DNA of 33,525 nucleotides from a virus. The notes under the pieces are model-generated. The model was not told the origin of the DNA and made no database searches. It was given only the letters and a program-made list of their open reading frames with translations. Position numbers and translations under genes: made by a program. Below, piece by piece: positions 1 through 8,243 of the stretch. Numbering within the stretch: position 1 is the stretch's first letter; every line of letters begins with the position of its first letter. The stretch spans positions 1-33,525 of the IMG/VR virus record IMGVR_UViG_2756170196_000002; one strand, 5' to 3'.

Positions 1-1023
1 ATGCACGACGAACCAGTTAACCCTGAGATCGCAGTCGAAGAGTTTCTCGAGAGTAAAGAGCCCGAAGTTAGTGACTCGACAATCCAGAACCTGAGGTACC
101 GGCTGAAGCAATTCCGTCTCTGGACAGACGAAGTCGGGATCGACGATATGCGCGAACTCGACGGACGGGACTGTGAGAAATGGAAGTTAGCGCGGAGCAG
201 CTCCGGGTTAGCGCCGATCACGATGCGACACCACATGCGAACTTTCCGCCAGTTCGTTAGATGGTGCGGTATAGTCGGCTACTGCGAGCCTGATCTCCAC
301 GAACTCGTCCGAGTGCCTTCCGTGAAAAAAGCGGATCGTCGTAGTGAGGACTCGATTTCGTACGAACGAGCAAATCGTATCAAGTCGTATCTCAATAAGC
401 TCGAGTACGGCACTAGACAGCACATCATCTTCGGGCTGCTCTGGCATACCGCCATGCGCACAGGTAGTGCTCGAGCGCTCGACTGCTCTGACGTTAAATA
501 CGCGGATGACGGGACGATGTACCTCGCTGTCCGTCACCGGCCTGAGACAGAAACACCACTCAAGTTAGCAGATGAGGGCGAGCGTAACGTCACGATCGGC
601 GATCCCGAGCTCGCGTCCGCGATCGAAGACTGGATCAATCACAAACGGCCCTCTGTCGAGGACGATCATGGCCGGGTGCCACTCTTGGCGACGAATCGAG
701 GACGTGTGTCAAGATCGACACTGCGGATAGATATCTATCAGGCTACGCACCCCTGCCTGATAGATGACTGTCCACACGGAGAGGATCGTGAAACATGCGA
801 TCATGTTGGCCACGATCAGGCGGGAGGGTGCCCATCAGCGGTGGGGCCCCATGCGATCCGTCGCTCGTCAATCACATCTCATCTCGATCAGGGAGTCCCA
901 AAGGAGATCCTCTCGGAAAGAGCCAGTGTCAATGTCGATACTCTCACCGAGCACTACGATGTCCGGACGGAGGAGCAAGCCCGGACAACCCGACAGGAAT
1001 ATATCGGTGATTTGAGGTTCTGA
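1..1023 (+). CDS. int: Tyrosine recombinase/integrase (haloarchaeal type with Cys/His cluster)
   Basis: Catalytic R153 (AMRTG), K in TPLK, H284-x-x-R287 (HAIRR), Y319 (EHYD); SAM-like N-terminus; C..CPHG..C..C cluster typical of haloarchaeal virus integrases. Confidence 0.93.
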   Translation: MHDEPVNPEIAVEEFLESKEPEVSDSTIQNLRYRLKQFRLWTDEVGIDDMRELDGRDCEKWKLARSSSGLAPITMRHHMRTFRQFVRWCGIVGYCEPDLHELVRVPSVKKADRRSEDSISYERANRIKSYLNKLEYGTRQHIIFGLLWHTAMRTGSARALDCSDVKYADDGTMYLAVRHRPETETPLKLADEGERNVTIGDPELASAIEDWINHKRPSVEDDHGRVPLLATNRGRVSRSTLRIDIYQATHPCLIDDCPHGEDRETCDHVGHDQAGGCPSAVGPHAIRRSSITSHLDQGVPKEILSERASVNVDTLTEHYDVRTEEQARTTRQEYIGDLRF

Positions 1024-1106
1024 CACTGTTCCTCAACAAAATGACGAAAAGAGAGAAAATAGAGAAAATAGAGAAACAGAAGGACTACCTACAGAATCTG
1101 TAGTAT

Positions 1107-1568
1107 CTATATATCGTCTAATTCGCAGTCCTCTTTCCACATATTGTATCTATCACGTTTCGACTTTGGAACTCGTTCCTTTTCTGTTCCCAGTTGCTGC
1201 TCAATTTCCTCTAATAGTCTTAGAAACCTCTGGAAAGTCTCTGAACGGATGTGAACCGTGCCAGACTCTAAATCGTCGATGGAGTCTATGTCGAGATTCT
1301 CGCTCGAGATTTCGACGGAGAAGGTATTTGCCTCATCAGTATCAGACTCCCCGATCAACCGTCGTCGGAGATCGGTATTTTCCTTTCGTAGTTCTCTATT
1401 TTCTTTTTTGAGGGTATTGATACTCTCGACATCTTCTGGACTGATGTTTCCCTTCTCGAGGAAGTGACGAAGATTATCATCGACACCCGGGAGAGAGGGT
1501 GACTCCTCATCAATAAAGACTTGAAGTGGCTCGAGATCGGCCTTCTCCTCAATCTCATCATCTGGCAT
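1107..1568 (-). CDS. Hypothetical acidic coiled-coil protein (AT-rich accessory gene)
   Basis: 153-aa acidic ORF with heptad stretch INTLKKENRELRKENTDLRRRL; lower GC than the backbone. Confidence 0.6.
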   Translation of the reverse strand: MPDDEIEEKADLEPLQVFIDEESPSLPGVDDNLRHFLEKGNISPEDVESINTLKKENRELRKENTDLRRRLIGESDTDEANTFSVEISSENLDIDSIDDLESGTVHIRSETFQRFLRLLEEIEQQLGTEKERVPKSKRDRYNMWKEDCELDDI

Positions 1569-1681
1569 TGTGCTCTACCATCTCAATCACAGTACAAACA
1601 ATCTTTTGGCTAATTGGGGTATGAAATTTAATATTGAAAGAAATAAGTTCGTTACCTCTACTTTTTCTCTTCCACTCTCAC

Positions 1682-2269
1682 TCACTCCACGTCAGGCTCA
1701 GGCATCCGCATGTAGCGCTCAGTCGATTTGATGGTGTAGTTTTGGTGCGTTTGGCCCGAAGCGGGACTCTCCTCGAGGTTGCTCTCTTGACAGACGACGT
1801 CGCTTTTCATCCATCCGTAGAACTCCACCACGTTGCCTTGTACACTAGCTGCCACGAAGACGTCAGCCTCCTCGTGCGAGAATCCTTGCTTGACGAGGAG
1901 CCAGGGCTCATCATACCTACTCGACTTAATGTCGACGCTGTGCAGCTCGTCTCCGATCAGCACTTCGGCGTCGGTTCCGTCGTCACCAGAGGCACTAATC
2001 GAGCGATCGATCGAACCCTCCTCGTAGATTTTTGCAAACGCTTTCTCAGCCTTGATCCCGGTAATATGGACATCCTCGCCACTCGAGTCCGTGTAATTAG
2101 TGTCGGACGTCCGGCCCGCCTGGTAGCTCTGATTCCGAGCTTCCGCGATCTCCTCTACGTCTTGGAGATCTTCCCCATCGAGGACGACGGTGATCGTCTT
2201 GGCGTCGACGAGGCCTCGACAGTCAGTGGTAGACAATTCGACAGTTTCGCTGCTAGCAGAAGCAGACAT
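1682..2269 (-). CDS. Hypothetical protein, probable PD-(D/E)xK nuclease fold
   Basis: Spacing GIKAEKAF...GDDGTD...SVDIKSS fits the E...D...D-x-K motif; acidic, backbone codon style. Confidence 0.65.
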   Translation of the reverse strand: MSASASSETVELSTTDCRGLVDAKTITVVLDGEDLQDVEEIAEARNQSYQAGRTSDTNYTDSSGEDVHITGIKAEKAFAKIYEEGSIDRSISASGDDGTDAEVLIGDELHSVDIKSSRYDEPWLLVKQGFSHEEADVFVAASVQGNVVEFYGWMKSDVVCQESNLEESPASGQTHQNYTIKSTERYMRMPEPDVE

Positions 2270-2281
2270 GCGACAGACGGA

Positions 2282-2332
2282 GAGTCTTAACCAACACTGA
2301 AGCTGGAAGGAGTCGCCTGTTGGTTAAGACTC
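2282..2332. repeat. Perfect 15-bp inverted repeat with 21-nt spacer
   Basis: GAGTCTTAACCAACA (2282-2296) and TGTTGGTTAAGACTC (2318-2332) are exact reverse complements. Confidence 0.95.
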
Positions 2333-2440
2333 GTCGATCAGGTAGCTCAGCAGCGAGCATACCAGAAAAACAGCCAGTCCGACGTGGACTGCTGATATTA
2401 GGGCGATAATGATGATTGCGATAGGAGCCGGGATCGTCAT
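2324..2440 (-). CDS. 38-aa hydrophobic micro-peptide (below the ORF-track cutoff)
   Basis: MTIPAPIAIIIIALISAVHVGLAVFLVCSLLSYLIDES*; its ATG overlaps the TGA of the upstream gene (ATGA coupling). Confidence 0.45.
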   Translation of the reverse strand: MTIPAPIAIIIIALISAVHVGLAVFLVCSLLSYLIDES

Positions 2441-2910
2441 TCGAGGCACCTCTGAATGGTGTTGAGTTCCTCAGTGATGCTCCAAGTGTCTGCAGTCCGA
2501 TCGCGCTGCACCTCGCGCTCGATTAAGCCGACATCGTGGAGGGCCGTGAGTTCCGCAGCCGAAAGATCGAAATCGGAAGCCTCGAACTCGATGTCAGTCG
2601 AGTCAGGGAGCATCTCGATCACCTCTCGATTGTTGTCGACAGTGTACGCCTCTCGCTCGTCGACGATGTGGATGTCATCCTCCCGGAGTCCGTCGAGGAT
2701 CTCCCGCCCTCGCTCTGTAAGCTGGTAATCGATCACACGGCCAGTGTCGATCGGGGCCTCCTCGAGGATACCCTCCAGCCGGAGGGAGTAGACAGTCCCT
2801 CGAGAGACGTCGTCGAGTTGCTTGATCCGAAAGGTGGAGCCCTCGACGCCCTCGAGGAAATCCTGGTGCTCGTGGACGATCGCGATCTGGAAAAGAGTGT
2901 CAACCGACAT
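2437..2910 (-). CDS. Putative winged-helix DNA-binding protein (possibly two wHTH units)
   Basis: VSRGTVYSLRLEGILEE...YQLTERGREIL resembles PadR/ArsR-like wHTH; second similar unit LTALHDVGLIERE...WSITEE. Confidence 0.6.
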   Translation of the reverse strand: MSVDTLFQIAIVHEHQDFLEGVEGSTFRIKQLDDVSRGTVYSLRLEGILEEAPIDTGRVIDYQLTERGREILDGLREDDIHIVDEREAYTVDNNREVIEMLPDSTDIEFEASDFDLSAAELTALHDVGLIEREVQRDRTADTWSITEELNTIQRCLE

Positions 2911-2993
2911 GCGACAATTGGGGAGAACTTCTCTCAGTTTCCCCTCTCGGTTCTTCTGTAGTCGGGACGGGTACTTAAGGAGGAAACTAAGTT

Positions 2994-4064
2994 TTAGCTG
3001 AAATCAGAAATCGCTTTGTTAGCCGTGTATCGGACGTAATCTGTGCGTTTTCGAGCCTTCTCTCGCTTCGCGATCGACGAACTCATAAAGATACGCTCGA
3101 TCCCACTCTGCTCGAGCTCGAAGTCGAACATATCGGCCTCGATCCCCCACCAAGCGATCTTGGATAGGAGGCTTATGTCGCACCGACTCCTGTCTCGATC
3201 CCACTTTGCGGAGTTCCACGCCGACTCAGCATCGTTGTAGAGGAGCGCGAAGTCGTCAGAGTGCTTCACACCAGCATCGACTACCTCTTGCTCTCGATTA
3301 GTGAGATCGTCGTAAGTGAGACGGCCTGGTACTCCTGAAGCGTCAGTCCCAGTCCACTCTGCGTCCACCTCTCCACTATCATCGGTGGTTTCCACGGGAG
3401 AGTTGGTATCGGACTCGTCCATGTACGTCGCCTGCCAGGCAGCGATGATTCCGTCCGGAGCCTGGTTGATCTCCTTGGGGGTACCACGGATCCAGCGCCC
3501 GGTAACGGTGAAGAATCGATCTCTATCGTAGATCTCGAAGCCGAGATCATCGTTCTTGTTCTGGTAGTCGCCGTCGAGAGCGTCTTCATCGTAGCAGAGG
3601 CTGTGGGCCCCCGTTCCGGATGGAGACACCTCGGCGAAGCTCTTGATCGACGTGAGCACCGTGTGGGCCCACTCGTCCATCACACCATCCTCGTCGATCA
3701 CGTCGTCGAAGTCGAGGCCGACGACGTCGTTCTCCTCGAGGAGTTGGAAGCCGACACCGTCGAACCCGTCGTCTCCGTTGATCTGTTTCGACTTGTCGAC
3801 TGCATTCATCGCAGTCTCGAAATCGACGCCGTAATCAGGATTCGTGGGATCACAGTTCCATACCTTAGCAGGGTGCTCCGGATTCTTTGGAACCTTCTTC
3901 CATTTATCGTCCTCAGGTTTGTATTTAGCTCTATAACAGATCCAGTATTCCATTTCTTTCAGTTCATCTGGCACACAGAACTCCCCTTCCTCAATCATTC
4001 GTTCGTTGATAGCTTCCTGTTCCACTTCGACAGTAGATGCACTCGAGTTTTCGGTAACAGACAT
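2994..4064 (-). CDS. NrS-1-type primase-polymerase (AEP domain plus helix-bundle domain), no helicase
   Basis: Motifs YWICY..KWKKVP, GVGF..VGLDFD, FAEVSPSGTGAH, FEIYDRDRFFTVTG, and C-terminal DRSRCDISLLSKIAWW...IFMSS...R..Y...T..KA. Confidence 0.85.
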   Translation of the reverse strand: MSVTENSSASTVEVEQEAINERMIEEGEFCVPDELKEMEYWICYRAKYKPEDDKWKKVPKNPEHPAKVWNCDPTNPDYGVDFETAMNAVDKSKQINGDDGFDGVGFQLLEENDVVGLDFDDVIDEDGVMDEWAHTVLTSIKSFAEVSPSGTGAHSLCYDEDALDGDYQNKNDDLGFEIYDRDRFFTVTGRWIRGTPKEINQAPDGIIAAWQATYMDESDTNSPVETTDDSGEVDAEWTGTDASGVPGRLTYDDLTNREQEVVDAGVKHSDDFALLYNDAESAWNSAKWDRDRSRCDISLLSKIAWWGIEADMFDFELEQSGIERIFMSSSIAKREKARKRTDYVRYTANKAISDFS

Positions 4065-4100
4065 CGTTTGCGACGTAAACGGAAATTGTTTAGAAAGCGA

Positions 4101-4364
4101 TTACTGCCAACCCATCCAGAACATGGAGGTTTTCGTCTTCTTCGAGCCAAGCGTAGCGTTGCTCGAGGACTCGGCCTCCGGGGCCGTCCCGAGCTCACCA
4201 TCCTCCAGGGCTGGCTCATGATCGTGCTCGAGTCCGATCTCGTCGTCTTCTCGATCATACCGAGGGAGTTCCTCGTCGAACTCCATCTGATCGTCTCGAG
4301 CAGCGCTTGGTTGGTTGTGAGCGTCAATCGCCTCTGCAGGAATCTGGTACCTCATTTGCGACAT
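4101..4364 (-). CDS. Small acidic hypothetical protein
   Basis: Acidic part starts at the internal ATG 4364 (MSQMRYQ...) of track ORF 4101..4439; directly upstream of the prim-pol gene. Confidence 0.5.
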   Translation of the reverse strand: MSQMRYQIPAEAIDAHNQPSAARDDQMEFDEELPRYDREDDEIGLEHDHEPALEDGELGTAPEAESSSNATLGSKKTKTSMFWMGWQ

Positions 4365-4454
4365 CGGAAGAGAACTGCTCTCAGTTCCCCCAAGGCAATC
4401 CGTCAGTAGTCCGCGCGAACATATAAAAGATAATTCCAATATGGATCTATGTCA

Positions 4455-5204
4455 TCAATCTTCTTCGCGTTCATCAAAAACCTCAAGCGCCTTTATTCCA
4501 AGATCTTCGGAAATATCTCTGGCAAGACTCTTCGTTGACTGGTAGGTAGAATACGTAGATCCACCGTCAAGACGCATAGATTGGCTTTGTTCTGCCTCTT
4601 GTAGCGCCAACCATGCTTTGTCAAGGAACTCATCATCTGTTTTTTCGATAGCTTCAATATATTCGCTAAGGTTTTTCCAACAATACTCTTCTAAATTCTC
4701 TCTTAGATCGTCACGGTTTTCTGTTGTTATGAATGGGATATAGAAATACTTTACCCACTCATCTACAGTAAAAATACCACCTGATTCTTCATCACGTACT
4801 AACGAAAGAGTTGTCTCTTCTCCATTTCCATTAGCGTAATCTGTGCCTTCAAACACCTCTTCCACATAATATTTGTATATTGGCATAAACCGTTCAAGGC
4901 TATTCAATTTTGATTCCAGCATAGACATTCGGCCACCAATATGGGATTTTCCCCTGAACTTTTGATAGGCGTCAAGTTCTCTATAGACATCTTTGAACAT
5001 CCCACTCAATGGATCATATGGTAACTCTCCATGAGTGCCGATCCTATGCGTTTCATCAAAGATTGGCCGGAGAACTGTGTCTCTTGTATCTCGCCATTGG
5101 GCATACTTATGCTGGAGTGATGCTCCAATAACAGAACCAGCAATTGCTGAGGTTCCTGCAACAACAGCACTCATTGGGATATTCGAGAGAAGTCCACCAA
5201 GCAT
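4455..5204 (-). CDS. AT-rich accessory membrane-anchored protein (moron-like)
   Basis: 249 aa, N-terminal hydrophobic helix (AVVAGTSAIAGSVIGASL), markedly lower GC; TATA-like TTATATGT on the minus strand about 50 nt upstream. Confidence 0.7.
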   Translation of the reverse strand: MLGGLLSNIPMSAVVAGTSAIAGSVIGASLQHKYAQWRDTRDTVLRPIFDETHRIGTHGELPYDPLSGMFKDVYRELDAYQKFRGKSHIGGRMSMLESKLNSLERFMPIYKYYVEEVFEGTDYANGNGEETTLSLVRDEESGGIFTVDEWVKYFYIPFITTENRDDLRENLEEYCWKNLSEYIEAIEKTDDEFLDKAWLALQEAEQSQSMRLDGGSTYSTYQSTKSLARDISEDLGIKALEVFDEREED

Positions 5205-6281
5205 ATGATTGATTCTTCGTTAGAAATCTATGAGTCTACTGATTACATATAAGTTGTCTACCAAAATACACGATAGAGGGTGTGTGCCTTTCTTTTCATC
5301 AGTGTACATATCTGTACATCTAAAACAAACTATTAGACGTCCAATCTCGAGGGAGCGAGGCCTGCTCGAGGGGGATTAGACGGCCAAATATCGGCTCGAG
5401 AACGCATCCTGAGCCGGCGACGTCGACTCCGATGGAGAGCCCTCGGGGAGAAACAGAGCCGAATAGCCACCGAGCTGCAGCCTCGAGTGGGCTCAGAGTA
5501 TGTCGACGTAGTCGGCGATCGGCCTCGAGGCGTAGAGTGGGGATCGCTCTTGGGAGAAACAGGCAGATCTCCGCTCGAGGATCACAGTGGGGATCGAGAA
5601 GGCCATAGTCCGCTCTAAGGACGACGTTGTCGCTCCTGGGGGATCCGGCTGTGCTACTGCTTGAGTGGGCCCTCGTCTGCGCAAAGAGCGTCACGATCCC
5701 GTCCTGGCCAGCGTCGACGTCCACATCAACTCGAGTGCTCTCCTAAGGGATCGGGCGAGCTCAGACAGGAGTGGGGATCCAATCGGTACTTAGACGTCGA
5801 TCGATGTCCGCGCCTGCTGGCTGACAATGGAGAGACTAGCACTATCGCTGGTGGTATCTACAGTGGAACGATCTCCTGTCGCGTCCGTGAGTCGATGTCT
5901 CGATTGGATGGTGTACCCTGTGGGGGAGGACTCCTTAATGGTAGCTGTGGAGTGAGCCCCATGGGGAGAGACTGTAGTACTGCTGGGACTGTAATTGCTA
6001 CCAGAGTCACCAACACCCCGTGAGCCCTCGGCTCCGTACGAGCCCGCTCGTCGGGATATCTCGCAAACCGCGCTCGATAGGGCCCGACGAGCGAACTCGT
6101 GCGGGCCTCGCCCTCACAGTCCACCAGGCGTCGCGTCCGTCTGCTGGGGCAGACGAACGCTCCTCTACCGCAACAGGATAGGCCCCGCTGGAGGGGAGAG
6201 AGGGAGAAGTGGAGTGATTGACGTGATCCACCACAACGATCGTAACCTGAGTCCGCCAGAACTGTAATTGAGATTCAGCCC

Positions 6282-6716
6282 CTATACTGAAGTCCCGACA
6301 GTTTGCTCGAGCGGGGCACCTCTCCCAGTGGACTCGAGTTCCCACGGAAGGTTTTTGTAGTGCTCGAGTCCGATCCACTCCGATGGGTGGTTATTATCAG
6401 AAAGTGAAGAGGATTCAGACGAACTAAACAATCTGATAGTTCCCCGAAACTCGAGACTCGAAGCTGTTAACGAATACTGTTTACAACTATGGAGCCAGAA
6501 CAATCCTGCCCAGAGTGTGAAAGTGGTATCATGATTCCAAGTAGCGGTTGCAGTTACTGCCGATCGTGTGGCTATTCTCCCTGCAAGTAGCAGGCTCGGA
6601 TCCCACCTATAGTCACAGTCCATTCTGAGGGGGCTCACGTCGCTCGAGATCGATCGCACTCCCTTCCGAATGGTTTCCATCGTCGCAATATAGAAATCGC
6701 TCAGATCGTCTCCCAT
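6282..6716 (-). CDS. Possible short gene or remnant (uncertain)
   Basis: ATG at 6716 with an AATTAA box about 25-32 nt upstream and some CTC-GAG (LE) codon pairs, but the product is not acidic. Confidence 0.2.
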   Translation of the reverse strand: MGDDLSDFYIATMETIRKGVRSISSDVSPLRMDCDYRWDPSLLLAGRIATRSAVTATATWNHDTTFTLWAGLFWLHSCKQYSLTASSLEFRGTIRLFSSSESSSLSDNNHPSEWIGLEHYKNLPWELESTGRGAPLEQTVGTSV

Positions 6717-6890
6717 AGCTTCTGAGTGGAATTGCACTGAAGTTAATTCTACTACGTTGCTAAATCGACGCCGACGCCCACTTGTCTGAAAGCTCTCAGT
6801 GGCCTCATAAGAGATTCCTCGAGTCCGGAATGTGGTTGCCTTTCAGCGCCCCACGGATCGCACTGAGTCGACTGTGAGCACGCTCAGATT

Positions 6891-7739
6891 GGATCCCAGC
6901 GGGCATCGATAGAGCCGATCCCCGGCCTGGCTCGAGCAGGAGGGGTGTCCACTCTCCTGAGCAACCCCCGGGGGCCACTACGTTCTGTTACAATACAACA
7001 GTAGTACTATTAGTATTGTATTGGGGGTTGTCACAGTGTAGGTGTAGTTGTTGATAGTGGATAGCTGTAGTGTAGGATACTACTGCTGTTTCGTTCAAAC
7101 GTACTACGATCCGTTCTATACTACAGCGACAGCTACCGCTACGGAGAGCACTGCATCAAAGATACAGTGGCTCTCCTCACCGCAACATAAGGAGTGGCCC
7201 CTGTTGAAGAGGGAACAACACCAGCAACGGAACGCTGTACTCTCCAAGGGGAAGGCAGTGGGCCTGGTGTCAGCTCCGCCTCGAGGGCTGCACTGATCCG
7301 CCTCAAGCGTCGACGTCGTCGTCGGCCTGGACTGCGAGCTCGCTCCGTCCCGATCTCCGAGATCTCCAGCCAGAACGGAGTCCAGTCGTTAACGAATACT
7401 GGTTACGCACTTCCGTCAACAGATACTGATTACACCCCTCGAGTAGCCTCCTACCAGATTCATTTAGTGCTAAGCAATGTGGTAGTTTCGCCTCTACTGG
7501 TGGCTCTTGTCAGAAAGGAGAGGACTACCTCCTCGAGTGTGAGCTGTGCATCCCCCTCCCCCTCGAGCCGGCGTCCCCTGTCCAATGCTACAGGATCACC
7601 ATCATCTCTTATCATCAACTGTGGAAACTGCTGTCGCCGTCTCTCTACCCTCGAACCCTGGCCCTACTCCGCTCGAAGGGGGATCCACTCCGCTACAACC
7701 AGGCCGGGGATCGAGCCCGCTATAGCCAGCCTGGGATCC
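6891..7739. repeat. Bipartite inverted repeat with arms 6891-6930 and 7699-7739
   Basis: GATCCCCGGCCTGG (6917-6930) pairs exactly with 7699-7712; GGATCCCAG (6891-6899) pairs with 7731-7739; internal spacers 17 and 18 nt. Confidence 0.8.
6961..7145. other. Candidate replication origin or structured element
   Basis: CCCCCGGGGG palindrome (6965-6974), nested inverted repeats CAACCCCC/GGGGGTTG and TACAATAC/GTATTGTA, AT-rich core, GTAG cluster switching to CTAC cluster at about 7077. Function is inferred. Confidence 0.35.
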
Positions 7740-8176
7740 AGTCGCCCTCGAGCCGGCGCCCTGGGATCTAACAGTGCGACGACGTCCGACAGTACTGTGA
7801 GCTCGCGACGCCGTCGACGTCCTCCGAGGAGTGGCTATTTTATTCATCTTCTAACTGTCCGATACTTTTCTTACATACCAACCTGTGGGAACTGCTGTCG
7901 CTGTCTGTTACGATCAGAGTGCATTCCCTCCGCTCGAAGTCCTGGCCCTCGTACGCTCGCAGCTCGAGGAGATCTCCAGTGCACCCATTCGATCGAATTA
8001 TTGCTCGCTCTTTCTCGAGCGTCGACGATGTCGCGATCTATCGCGCTCGAGTTCGCTGTCAACTGAGCGCGCTCACTGTCGACGTCGATGTTGTTCACTC
8101 GATTGGTTGACGACATCGCCCTCGAGCTCGATCCGATTTTGGGCAGAATCTTTCGCTCTCGCCCTCTTTCGATGCC

Positions 8177-8215
8177 CGCTCTGCAGTGGTGCTGAAATAT
8201 GGATGGGGGTTTTCT
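8177..8215. repeat. Boundary direct repeat, copy 1
   Basis: CGCTCTGCAGTGGTGCTGAAATATGGATGGGGGTTTTCT; near-identical to 9227-9264. Confidence 0.9.
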
Positions 8216-8243
8216 AATTTGGTGGTTACTATGGGCCCAGAAG

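Noticed and set aside
6891-7739. Hairpin-telomere resolution site (linear-plasmid prophage)
   Set aside because: The palindromes are short or imperfect, no protelomerase is recognisable, and an ordinary integrase is present.
7194-8066. 290-aa plus-strand ORF
   Set aside because: Ser/Arg/Pro-rich, non-acidic and without motifs; inconsistent with the real proteins in this window.
5205-8240. Viral mini-CRISPR array
   Set aside because: No regularly spaced 24-37 bp repeats with unique spacers, and no haloarchaeal I-B/I-D type repeat seen.
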